From Eledone cirrhosa (lineage: Eukaryota), in the NCBI GenBank assembly GCA_964016885.1, contig OZ024741.1, positions 22,506,001 through 22,570,000 on the forward strand: a stretch of 64,000 nucleotides of DNA, written 5' to 3'. Position 1 is the first letter of the stretch; the number at the start of each line of letters is the position of its first letter. The position numbers and the translations under genes are program-made. The notes under the pieces are model-generated. The model ran no database searches. It saw only the letters and a list, made by a program, of their open reading frames with translations, and was not told the DNA's origin. This document shows, one piece after another, positions 15,001 to 27,922 of the stretch.

Positions 15001-18000
15001 ACCTTGATCTCTTCTCCTGTAACTGCTAAGGATCACATGTAACCTTGATCTCTTCCCCTGTAACTGCTAAGGACCACATGTATTCTTGATCTCTTCCACT
15101 GTAACTGCTAAGGATCACATGTAACCTTGATCTCTTCCCCTGTAACTGCTAAGGACCAAATGAAACCTTTATCTCTCCCCCTGTAACTGCTAAGGATCAC
15201 ATGTAACCTTGATCTCTCCCCCTGTAACTGCTAAGGATCACATGTAACCTTGATCTCTTCCCCTGTAACTGCTAAGGATCACATGTAACCTTGATCTCTT
15301 CCCCTGTAACTGCTAAGGACCACATGTAACCTTGATCTCTCCCCCTGTAACTGCTAAGGATCACATGTAACCTTGATCTCTTCCCCTGTAACTGCTAAGG
15401 ATCACATGTAACCTTGATCTCTTCTCCTGTAACTGCTAAGGATCACATGTAACCTTGATCTCTTCCCCTGTAACTGCTAAGGACCACATGTATTCTTGAT
15501 CTCTTCCACTGTAACTGCTAAGGATCACATGTAACCTTGATCTCTTCCCCTGTAACTGCTAAGGACCAAATGAAACCTTGATCTCTCCCCCTGTAACTGC
15601 TAAGGATCACATGTAACCTTGATCTCTCCCCCTGTAACTGCTAAGGATCACATGTAACCTTGATCTCTTCCCCTGTAACTGCTAAGGACCACATGTAACC
15701 TTGATCTCTCCCCCTGTAACTGCTAAGGATCACATGTAACCTTGATCTCTTCCCCTGTAACTGCTAAGGACCAAATGAAACCTTGATCTCTCCCCCTGTA
15801 ACTGCTAAGGATAACATGTAACCTTGATCTCTTCTCCTGTAACTGCTAAGGACCACATGTAACCTTGATGTCTCCCCCTGTAACGGCTAAGGACCACATG
15901 TATTCTTGATCTCTTCCCCTGTAACTGCTAAGGACCAAATGAAACCTTGATCTCTCCCCCTGTAACTGCTAAGGACTACATGTAACCTTGATCTCTCCCC
16001 TGTAACTGCTAAGGATAACATGTAACCTTGATCTCTTCTCCTGTAACTGCTAAGGATCACATGTAACCTTGATCTCTTCCCCTGTAACTGCTAAGGACCA
16101 CATGTATTCTTGATCTCTTCCACTGTAACTGCTAAGGATCACATGTAACCTTGATCTCTTCCCCTGTAACTGCTAAGGACCAAATGAAACCTTGATCTCT
16201 CTCCCTGTAACTGCTAAGGATCACATGTAACCCTGATCTCTCCCCCTGTAACTGCTAAGGATCACATGTAACCTTGATCTCTTCTCCTGTAACTGCTAAG
16301 GACCACACGTAACCTTGATATCTTCCCCTGTAACTGCTAAGGATCACATGTAACCTTGATCTCTCCCCCTGTAACTGCTAAGGATCACATGTAACCTTGA
16401 TATCTTCTCCTGTAACTGCTAAGGATCACATGTAACCTTGATCTCTTCTCCTGTAACTGCTAAGGACCACATGTAACCTTGATCTCTACCCCTGTAACTG
16501 CTAAGGATCACATGTAACCTTGATCTCTTCTCCTGTAACTGCTAAGGACCACATGTAACCTTGATCTCTCCCCCTGTAACTGCTAAGGATCACATGTAAC
16601 CTTGATCTCTTCCCCTGTAACTGCTCAGGACCACATGTAACCTTGATCTCTTCCCGTGTAACTGCTAAGGATCACATGTAACCTTGATCTCTTCTCCTGT
16701 AACTGCTAAGGACCACATGTAACATTGATCTCTTCCCCTGTAACTGCTAAGGATCACATGTAACCTTGACCTCTTACCCTGTAACTGCTAAGGACCACAT
16801 GTAACCTTGATCTCTTCTCCTGTAACTGCTAAGGACCACATGTAACCTTGATCTCTCCCCCTGTAACTGCTAAGGATCACATGTAACCTTGATCTCTTCC
16901 CCTGTAACTGCTAAGGACCACATGTAACCTTGATCTCTTCCCCTGTAACTGCTAAGGATCACATGTAACCTTGATCTCTTCTCATGTAACTGCTAAGGAC
17001 CACATGTAACCTTGATCTCTTCCCCTGTAACTGCTCAGGACCACATGTAACCTTGATCTCTTCCCCTGTAACTGCTAAGGACCACATGTAACCTTGATCT
17101 CTTCCCCTGTAACTGCTCAGGACCACATGTAACCTTGATCTCTTCTCATGTAACTGCTAAGGACCACATGTAACCTTGATCTCTCCCCCTGTAACTGCTA
17201 AGGACCACATGAAACGTTGATCTCTTCTCGTGTAACTGCTAAGGACCACATGTAACCTTTATCTCTCCCCCTGTAACTGCTAAGGATCACATGTAACCTT
17301 GATCTCTTCCCCTGTAACTGCTAAGGACCACATGTAACCTTGATCTCTTCCCCTGTAACTGCTAAGGATCACATGTAACCTTGATCTCTTCTCATGTAAC
17401 TGCTAAGGACCACATGTAACCTTGATCGCTTCCCCTTTAACTGCTAAGGACCACATGAAAGCTTGATCTCTTCTCCTGTAACTGCTAAGGACCACATGTA
17501 ACCTTGAACCTCTTCTCCTGTAACTGCTAAGGATCACATGTAACCTTGATCTCTTCCCCTGTAACTGCTCAGGACCACATGTAACCTTGATCTCTCCCCC
17601 TGTAACTGCTAAGGACCACATGAAACCTTGATCTCTTCTCCTGTAAATGCTCAGGACCACATGTATCCTTGATCTCTTCCCCTGTAACTGCTCAGGACCA
17701 CATGTAACCTTGATCTCTTCCCCTGTAACTGCTAAGGACCACATGTAACCTTGATCTCTTCCCCTGTAACTGCTCAGGACCACATGTAACCTTGATCTCT
17801 TCTCATGTAACTGCTAAGGACCACATGTAACCTTGATCTCTCCCCCTGTAACTGCTAAGGACCACATGAAACGTTGATCTCTTCTCGTGTAACTGCTAAG
17901 GACCACATGTAACCTTGATCTCTTCCCCTGTAACTGCTAAGGATCACATGTAACCTTGATCTCTTCCCCTGTAACTGCTAAGGATCACATGTAACCTTGA

Positions 18001-21000
18001 TCTCTTCCCCTGTAACTGCTAAGGACCACATGTAACCTTGATCTCTTCCCCTGTAACTGCTAAGGATCACATGTAACCTTGATCTCTTCCCCTGTAACTG
18101 CTAAGGACCACATGTAACCTTGATCTCTTCCCCTGTAACTGCTAAGGATCACATGTAACCTTGATCTCTTCCCCTGTAACTGCTAAGGATCACATGTAAC
18201 CTTGATCTCTTCCCCTGTAACTACTAAGGATCACATGTAACCTTGATCTCTTCTCCTGTAACTGCTAAGGACTACATGTAACCTTGATCTCTCCCCCTGT
18301 AACTGCTAAGGATCACATGTAACGTATCTCTTCTCCTGTAACTGCTAAGTACCACATGTAACCTTGATCTCTTCTCCTGTAACTGCTAAGGACCACATGT
18401 AACCTTGATCTCTTCTGTAACTGCTAAGGACCACATATAACCTTGATCTCTTCCCCTGTAACTGCTAAGGACCACATGTAACCTTGATCTCTTCTCCTGT
18501 AACTGCTAAGGATCACATGTAACCTTGATCTCTTCTCCTGTAACTGCTAAGGATCACATGTAACCTTGATCTCTCCCCCTGTAACTGCTAAGGATCACAT
18601 GTAACCTTGATCTCTTCTCCTGTAACTGCTAAGGACCACATGTAACCTTGATCTCTCCCCCTGTAACTGCTAAGGATCACATGTAACCTTGATCTCTCCC
18701 CTGTAACTGCTAAGGACCACATGTAACCTTGATCTCTTCCCCTGTAACTGCTAAGGACCACATGTAACCTTGATCTCTTCCCCTGTAACTGCTAAGGATC
18801 ACATGTAACCTTGATCTCTTCTCCTGTAACTGCTAAGGACCACATGTAACCTTGATCTCTTCTCCTGTAACTGCTAAGGACCACATGAAAGCTTGATCTC
18901 TCCCCCTGTAACTGCTAAGGATCACATGTAACCTTGATCTCTTCTCCTGTAACTGCTAAGGATCACATGTAACCTTGATCTCTTCTCCTGTAACTGCTAA
19001 GGACCACATGTAACCTTGATCTCTCCCCCTGTAACTGCTAAGGACCAAATGAAACGTTGATCTCTTCCCCTGTAACTGCTAAGGACCACATGTAACCTTG
19101 ATCTCTTCCCCTGAAACTGCTAAGGATCACATGTAACCTTGATCTCTCCCCCTGTAACTGCTAAGGATCACATGTAACCTTGATCTCTTCCCCTGTAACT
19201 GCTAAGGACCACATGTAACCTTGATCTTTCCCCCTGTAACTGCTAAGGATCACATGTAACCTTGATCTCTTCCCCTGTAACTGCTAAGGACCAAATGAAA
19301 CCTTGATCTCTCCCCTTGTAACTGCTAAGGATAACATGTAACCTTGATCTCTTCTCCTGTAACTGCTAAGGACCACATGTAACCTTGATGTCTCCCCCTG
19401 TAACGGCTAAGGATCACATGTAACCTTGATCTCTTCTCCTGTAACTGCTAAGGATCACATGTAACCTTGATCTCTTCTCCTGTAACTGCTAAGGATCACA
19501 TGTAACCTTGATCTCTTCCCCTGTAACTGCTAAGGACCACATGTATTCTTGATCTCTTCCACTGTAACTGCTAAGGATCACATGTAACCTTGATCTCTTC
19601 CCCTGTAACTGCTAAGGACCAAATGAAACCTTGATCTCTCCCCCTGTAACTGCTAAGGATCACATGTAACCTTGATCTTTCCCCCTGTAACTGCTAAGGA
19701 TCACATGTAACCTTGATCTCTTCTCCTGTAACTGCTAAGGACCACACGTAACCTTGATATCTTCCTCTGTAACTGCTAAGGATCACATGTAACCTTGATC
19801 TCTCCCCCTGTAACTGCTAAGGATCACATGTAACCTTGATATCTTCTCCTGTAACTGCTAAGGATCACATGTAAACTTGATCTCTTCTCCTGTAACTGCT
19901 AAGGACCACATGTAACCTTGATCTCTCCCCCTGTAACTGCTAAGGATCACATGTAACCTTGATCTCTTCTCCTGTAACTGCTAAGGACCACATGTAACCT
20001 TGATCTCTCCCCCTGTAACTGCTAAGGATCACATGTAACCTTGATCTCTTCCCCTGTAACTGCTCAGGACCACATGTAACCTTGATCTCCTCTCCTGTAA
20101 CTGCTAAGGATCACATGTAACCTTGATCTCTTCCCCTGTAACTGCTAAGGACCACATGTATTCTTGATCTCTTCCACTGTAACTGCTAAGGATCACATGT
20201 AACCTTGATCTCTTCCCCTGTAACTGCTAAGGACCAAATGAAACCTTGATCTCTCCCCCTGTAACTGCTAAGGATCACATGTAACCTTGATCTCTCCCCC
20301 TGTAACTGCTAAGGATCACATGTAACCTTGATCTCTTCCCCTGTAACTGCTAAGGACCACATGTAACCTTGATCTCTCCCCCTGTAACTGCTAAGGATCA
20401 CATGTAACCTTGATCTCTTCCCCTGTAACTGCTAAGGACCAAATGAAACCTTGATCTCTCCCCCTGTAACTGCTAAGGATAACATGTAACCTTGATCTCT
20501 TCTCCTGTAACTGCTAAGGACCACATGTAACCTTGATGTCTCCCCCTGTAACGGCTAAGGACCACATGTATTCTTGATCTCTTCCCCTGTAACTGCTAAG
20601 GACCAAATGAAACCTTGATCTCTCCCCCTGTAACTGCTAAGGACTACATGTAACCTTGATCTCTCCCCTGTAACTGCTAAGGATAACATGTAACCTTGAT
20701 CTCTTCTCCTGTAACTGCTAAGGATCACATGTAACCTTGATCTCTTCCCCTGTAACTGCTAAGGACCACATGTATTCTTGATCTCTTCCACTGTAACTGC
20801 TAAGGATCACATGTAACCTTGATCTCTTCCCCTGTAACTGCTAAGGACCAAATGAAACCTTGATCTCTCCCCCTGTAACTGCTAAGGATCACATGTAACC
20901 TTGATCTCTCCCCCTGTAACTGCTAAGGATCACATGTAACCTTGATCTCTTCTCCTGTAACTGCTAAGGACCACACGTAACCTTGATATCTTCCCCTGTA

Positions 21001-24000
21001 ACTGCTAAGGATCACATGTAACCTTGATCTCTCCCCCTGTAACTGCTAAGGATCACATGTAACCTTGATATCTTCTCCTGTAACTGCTAAGGATCACATG
21101 TAACCTTGATCTCTTCTCCTGTAACTGCTAAGGACCACATGTAACCTTGATCTCTCCCCCTGTAACTGCTAAGGATCACATGTAACCTTGATCTCTTCTC
21201 CTGTAACTGCTAAGGGCCACATGTAACCTTGATCTCTCCCCCTGTAACTGCTAAGGATCACATGTAACCTTGATCTCTTCCCCTGTAACTGCTCAGGACC
21301 ACATGTAACCTTGATCTCTTCCCCTGTAACTGCTAAAGATCACATGTAACCTTGATCTCTTCTCCTGTAACTGCTAAGGACCACATGTAACATTGATCTC
21401 TTCCCCTGTAACTGCTAAGGATCACATGTAACCTTGACCTCTTCCCCTGTAACTGCTAAGGACCACATGTAACCTTGATCTCTTCTCCTGTAACTGCTAA
21501 GGACCACATGTAACCTTGATCTCTCCCCCTGTAACTGCTAAGGATCATATGTAACCTTGATCTCTCCCCCTGTAACTGCTAAGGATCAAATGTAACGTTG
21601 ATCTCTTCTCCTTATCTGCTAAGGATCACATGTAACCTTGACCTCTTCCCCTGTAACTGCTAAGGACCACATGTAACCTTGATCTCTTCCCCTGTAAATG
21701 CTAAGGACCACATGTAACCTTGATCGCTTCCCCTTTAACTGCTAAGGACCACATGAAAGCTTGATCTCTTCTCCTGTAACTGCTAAGGACCACATGTAAC
21801 CTTGATCTCTTCTCCTGTAACTGCTAAGGATCACATGTAACCTTGATCTCTTCCCCTGTAACTGCTCAGGACCACATGTAACCTTGATCTCTCCCCCTGT
21901 AACTGCTAAGGACCACATGAAACCTTGATCTCTTCTCCTGTAAATGCTCAGGACCACATGTAACCTTGATCTCTTCCCCTGTAACTGCTCAGGACCACAT
22001 GTAACCTTGATCTCTTCCCCTGTAACTGCTAAGGACCACATGTAACCTTGATCTCTTCCCCTGTAACTGCTCAGGACCACATGTAACCTTGATCTCTTCT
22101 CATGTAACTGCTAAGGACCACATGTAACCTTGATCTCTCCCCCTGTAACTGCTAAGGACCACATGAAACGTTGATCTCTTCTCGTGTAACTGCTAAGGAC
22201 CACATGTAACCTTGATCTCTTCCCCTGTAACTGCTAAGGACCACATGTAACCTTGATCTCTTCCCCTGTAACTGCTAAGGATCACATGTAACCTTGATCT
22301 CTTCCCCTGTAACTGCTAAGGACCACATGTAACCTTGATCTCTTCCCCTGTAACTGCCAGGGTCCAATGTAATCTTGATCTCTTCCCCTGTAACTGCCCA
22401 GGACCACATGTAACCTTGATCTCTCCCCCTGTAACTGCTAAGGATCACATGTAACCTTGATCTCTTCTCCTGTCACTGCTAAGGATCACATGAAACCTTG
22501 ATCTCTTCCCCTGTAACTGCTAAGGATCACATGTAACCTTGATCTCTTCTCCTGTAACTGCTAAGGATCACATGTAACCTTGATCTCTCCCCCTGTAACT
22601 GCTAAGGATCACATATAACCTTGATCTCTTCCCCTGTAACTGCTAAGGACCACATGTAACCTTGATCTCTTCCCCTGTAACTGTTAAGGATCACATGTAA
22701 CCTTGATCTCTTCCCCTGTAACTGCTAAGGATCACATGTAACCTTGATCTCTTCTCCTGTAACTGCTAAGGACCACATGTAACCTTGATCTCTTCCCCTG
22801 TAACTGCTAAGGACCACATGTTACCTTGATCTCTTCTCCTGTAACTGCTAAGGATCACATGTAACCTTGATCTCTTCCCCTGTAACTGCTAAGGACCAAA
22901 TGAAACCTTGATCTCTTTCCCTAGTAACTGCTAAGGATCACATGTAACCTTGATCTCTTCTCCTGTAACTGCTAAGGATCACATGTAACCTTGATCTCTT
23001 CTCCTGTAACTGCTAAGGACCACATGTAACCTTGATCTCTTCCCCTGTAACTGCTAAGGACCAAATGAAACCTTGATCTCTCCCCTGTAACTGCTAAGGA
23101 CCAAATGAAACCTTGATCTCTTCCCCTAGTAACTGCTAAGGATCACATGCAACCTTGATCTCTTCTCCTGTAACTGCTAAGGATCACATGTAACCTTGAT
23201 CTCTTCTCCTGTAACTGCTAAGGACCACATGTAACCTTGATCTCTTCCCCTGTAACTGCTAAGGACCAAATGAAACCTTGATCTCTCCCCCTGTAACTGC
23301 TATGGATCACATGTAACCTTGATCTCTTCTCCTGTAACTGCTAAGGACCACATGCAACCTTGATCTCTTCTCCTGTAACTGCTAAGGACCACATGTAACC
23401 TTGATCTCTCCCCCTGTAACTGCTAAGGATCACATGTAACCTTGATCTCTTCTCCTGTAACTGCTAAGGACCACATGTAACCTTGATCTCTTCTCCTGTA
23501 ACTGCTAAGGATCACATGTAACCTTGATCTCTTCTCCTATAACTGCTAAGGATCACATGTAACCTTGATCTCTTCTCCTGTAACTGCTAAGGACCACATG
23601 TAACCTTGATCTCTCCCCCTGTAACTGCTAAGGATCACATGTAACCTTGATCTCTTCTCCTGTAACTGCTAAGGACCACATGTAACCTTGATCTCTTCCC
23701 CTGTAACTGCTAAGGACCACATGTAACCTTGATCTCTTCCCCTGTAACTGCTAAGGACCACATGAAACCTTGATCTCTCCCCCTGTAACTGCTAAGGATC
23801 ACATGTAACCTTGATCTCTTCTCCTGTAACTGCTAAGGATCACATGTAACCTTGATCTCTTCTCCTGTAACTGCTAAGGATCACATGTAACCTTGATCTC
23901 TTCCCCTGTAACTGCTAAGGACCAAATGAAACCTTGATCTCTTCCCCTAGTAACTGCTAAGGATCACATGTAACCTTGATCTCTTCTCCTGTAACTGCTA

Positions 24001-25703
24001 AGGATCACATGTAACCTTGATCTCTTCTCCTGTAACTGCTAAGGACCACATGTAACCTTGATCTCTTCCCCTGTAACTGCTAAGGACCAAATGAAACCTT
24101 GATCTCTCCCCTGTAACTGCTAAGGACCAAATGAAACCTTGATCTCTTCCCCTAGTAACTGCTAAGGATCACATGCAACCTTGATCTCTTCTCCTGTAAC
24201 TGCTAAGGATCACATGTAACCTTGATCTCTTCTCCTGTAACTGCTAAGGACCACATGTAACCTTGATCTCTTCCCCTGTAACTGCTAAGGACCAAATGAA
24301 ACCTTGATCTCTCCCCCTGTAACTGCTATGGATCACATGTAACCTTGATCTCTTCTCCTGTAACTGCTAAGGACCACATGCAACCTTGATCTCTTCTCCT
24401 GTAACTGCTAAGGACCACATGTAACCTTGATCTCTCCCCCTGTAACTGCTAAGGATCACATGTAACCTTGATCTCTTCTCCTGTAACTGCTAAGGACCAC
24501 ATGTAACCTTGATCTCTTCTCCTGTAACTGCTAAGGATCACATGTAACCTTGATCTCTTCTCCTATAACTGCTAAGGATCACATGTAACCTTGATCTCTT
24601 CTCCTGTAACTGCTAAGGACCACATGTAACCTTGATCTCTCCCCCTGTAACTGCTAAGGATCACATGTAACCTTGATCTCTTCTCCTGTAACTGCTAAGG
24701 ACCACATGTAACCTTGATCTCTTCCCCTGTAACTGCTAAGGACCACATGTAACCTTGATCTCTTCCCCTGTAACTGCTAAGGACCACATGAAACCTTGAT
24801 CTCTCCCCCTGTAACTGCTAAGGATCACATGTAACCTTGATCTCTTCTCCTGTAACTGCTAAGGATCACATGTAACCTTGATCTCTTCTCCTGTAACTGC
24901 TAAGGATCACATGTAACCTTGATCTCTTCCCCTGTAACTGCTAAGGACCAAATGAAACCTTGATCTCTTCCCCTAGTAACTGCTAAGGATCACATGTAAC
25001 CTTGATCTCTTCTCCTGTAACTGCTAAGGATCACATGTAACCTTGATCTCTTCTCCTGTAACTGCTAAGGACCACATGTAACCTTGATCTCTTCCCCTGT
25101 AACTGTTAAGGACCACATGTAACCTTGATCTCTTCCCCTGTAACTGCTAAGGACCAAATGAAACCTTGATCTCTCCCCCTGTAACTGCTAAGGATCACAT
25201 GTAACCTTGATCTCTTCCCCTGTAACTGCTAAGGACCAAATGAAACCTTGATCTCTCCCCCTGTAACTGCTAAGGATCACATGTAACCTTGATCTCTTCT
25301 CCTGTAACTGCTTAGGATCACATGTAACCTTGATCTCTCCCCTGTAACTGCTAAGGACCAAATGAAACCTTGATCTCTCCCCTGTAACTGCTAAGGATCA
25401 CATGTAACCTTGATCTCTTCCCCTGTAACTACTAAGGACCACATGTAACCTTGATCTCTTCCCCTGTAACTGCTAAGGACCACATGAAACCTTGATCTCT
25501 TCCCCTGTAACTGCTAAGGATCACATGTAACCTTGATCTCTTCTCCTGTAACTGCTAAGGACCAAATGAAACCTTGATCTCTCCCCCTGTAACTGCTAAG
25601 GATCACATGTAACCTTGATCTCTTCCCCTGTAACTGCTAAGGATCACATGTAACCTTGATCTCTTCCCCTGTAACCGCCAGGGACCAAATGAAACCTTGA
25701 TCT
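1..25703. repeat. Satellite array A: 41-bp monomer GA(T/C)CACATGTAACCTTGATCTCT(TCT/TCC/CCC)CCTGTAACTGCT(A/C)AG, about 627 copies, continues beyond the left edge
   Basis: Head-to-tail 41-bp periodicity is visible from base 1 to ...GAAACCTTGATCT at 25703, with occasional 40- and 42-bp monomers. Because 41 is not a multiple of 3, the minus-strand ORFs cycle through three frames. Confidence 0.99.
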
Positions 25704-25905
25704 ACATATACTATTATATGTTCACAGTAAAGGCTTTTCCTCACATAATTATCTCACATAATATCGAATCTATGAGATTTCGATGTTATTTATGTTGAGA
25801 ACAATAACTTAACATCAGTATGAGCAGCCAGTTACAGCCGGTTTGAACAGAAAGAGTTGTGAGAATTCTGGCTGGATACTGCTTGTTTAAATGCTAAAGG
25901 GTTAA
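25701..25905 (-). mobile_element. piggyBac-type non-autonomous element (MITE copy 1), with only one TIR present; the other end runs into satellite A
   Basis: Reverse-complement homolog of the copies at 30973-31189 and 31870-32098. It ends in TAAATGCTAAAGGG followed by TTAA (25902-25905). Homology to the short copies stops at TCTACATATAC (25701), 20 bp short of their other CCC terminus. Confidence 0.85.
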
Positions 25906-27057
25906 AGTAAAGGAATGAAAGATTAAATCAATGGAGAAATGTTCTAATAAAAGTATATATGTTGTGAAATCTCTTCACACATACTCTCCCCCGATTGACA
26001 TCTGGCTGCTGTTTCTCTTGATCTCAATTGTCTGGAGTGGCTGGTTAGCCTGAGGTGAGGCGAGATAAGCTTTTCTTTGGTTATTCTACTCTGGTTCCTT
26101 GGAGCTGCTCAGGCAAGTACCGAGATGTAGCACTTAGCAAAAATACTTAGGCCCTGTCAACAAGGTACTGACAGTAATTCTTCCATCAGTACTTCAACTA
26201 CACACAGAGAAACATCTGCCTCTTGATATAAACAACACAGCTCCTTTGCACTGCAAGCTTACTACTGTTGGTAAGTACATCCTGAAACAATTTGCCACTT
26301 TGTAATCTAACGTAGCATAAGTTTCACGGCTTCCTCTGTTTCCCTTTTTCTTATCTGCCAACAATATTTGAAATAAATTTTATTTTTATTTTAATTTTTG
26401 CCGTTTATTTTAATAGTTTTTTTTAAAATATAACTTGTCCACTAGCTCTTTTTGATTACCAACTGTAAGGAGTACTCGATACTTACTCTAGTCTGTCATA
26501 GCTTACTAGCTCTATACGGACGTTTAAATTGAATGAATAAATAAAATATTCATTTTCCTTTTTACTGAAGTGAAGTAAAATGATATATCTAACCAAAATT
26601 ATTGTATTTGTTCGTGTCTATCAACTTCTTTCATAACCACTAACTTCCCTTCAGATAGAATGTTATCAGATTTCAGTTGTGCACAGCAAAACAAACGAAT
26701 CAGATAATTCGCTGAATAACTTAAAGCTAGGGTTTTTAACGTTTCTAAGATGCCCCCCTAGTAGATGACCCAATATGTCCCCCACCTTCGCAAATTCTAT
26801 GAGAAAGCCTAACGATGATGCTGATGGTGGTGATTGTGGTTGCGGAAGGCGGTTTCATTAAAATATGTCAATAGCTTTGTTTTACTTTACATAGGGATAA
26901 CCAACAACAGAACTAGAAAAGTGTAGTATGGTCCTCAGGCAGTGGTATCATATATTCAGAACAAAGATTTATAGTTCCTGCCAGTCGTTCGGTCAACTAC
27001 CTGTGTGATTTAAGTCTGACCGATAAGGTGAAAGGCAGATAAAAATAGATTCTTATG

Positions 27058-27200
27058 CTGTTGTCTTTTCTTCTTTCTTTCTCTTACTCTGATCAGATAT
27101 TTTGATGTGTTATATTTGTAAGGTTCCAAGCAATAGTTAATTGTATTTATTATATGTGTTTATATTTTCATTCTGAAATTGTGAACAATTTATAATGTTA
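27058..27200 (+). repeat. Dispersed AT-rich repeat, copy 1 (homologous to 30822-30934; possible retroelement 3' UTR)
   Basis: 27106-27164 matches 30876-30934 with 3 mismatches in 59 bp (TGTGTTATATTTGTAAGGTTCC.AGCAATA.TTAATTGTATTTATT.TATGTGTTTATA). Weaker similarity extends leftwards. Confidence 0.8.
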
Positions 27201-27799
27201 TGAATACAAGGGTGAATAAAATTCCAGCCTTTCTTCCTCGTTTCGATTCTTATTCAAATTATAATCTTTATAAGGGGAGAGTTAAGATAGATAGAATTGA
27301 TAGGAGTATTTTACTGACACATATATTTTCAACATTTGTGACAATTCTATTGGAATTTAAAACCATCTCATCAAGTCAAAGTCTATGTGTGGTAGCTCGA
27401 GTTGCTAGAAATAACATCCCAAAATCCCTCAAATCACACTACTGTCTTAAATATATATATTGAAAACATATTGGACAATGTAATGTTGGATGGTCATGGT
27501 TTAAACACCTTCATAGGTTTGCTGGATTAGGTTGAACTAAGAATATACAATAAAACTTTCACCATTAGTCCGATACATTCTCTACTGACCCCGTCATCGA
27601 ATCTAACGCTATAAAAAGTTTTGTATCAATGTTTACCCCCCAATAATTGATAAATTGATACAAAACTAAATAAAGTGTATTAATAATAATACTAAAGTAT
27701 AAATAACATTACAAATTATTTATAATTCTTGCAGAATGAAAATATAAACACAGATAACGTTATTCTACTGTCAATTTATAATTAAAAAAATATATATAC

Positions 27800-27922
27800 A
27801 TAAAAATAAATAAAAAAAATACGAAATTTAAAGTAATTCCCACTAGCGAGAGATAAATTATGGTAAATATCACTTTCGGAACAAGAAACATATAAAACAT
27901 ATAGATCAAGGTTTGATGTGAT
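27800..27922 (+). mobile_element. Strongly diverged fragment of the same MITE family, continuing into a partial satellite-A monomer
   Basis: By-eye similarity to the reverse complement of 25685-25800: blocks CGAAAT, GAGATAAATTATG, AACATATAA and TAGATCAAGGTTT occur in the same order. 27903-27922 matches the reverse-complemented monomer at 18/20. Confidence 0.5.

Noticed and set aside
1758-22080. Short minus-strand ORFs in satellite A
   Set aside because: They occur only where point variants remove the monomer's stop codons, and the peptide simply cycles through three frames of the 41-mer.
1-25703. CRISPR-like array
   Set aside because: There are no unique spacers, the monomers are contiguous, no cas genes are present, and the context is eukaryotic.
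27200-27463. 87-aa ORF
   Set aside because: It is AT-rich, has no recognisable motif and lies among repeat fragments, so it is consistent with chance.
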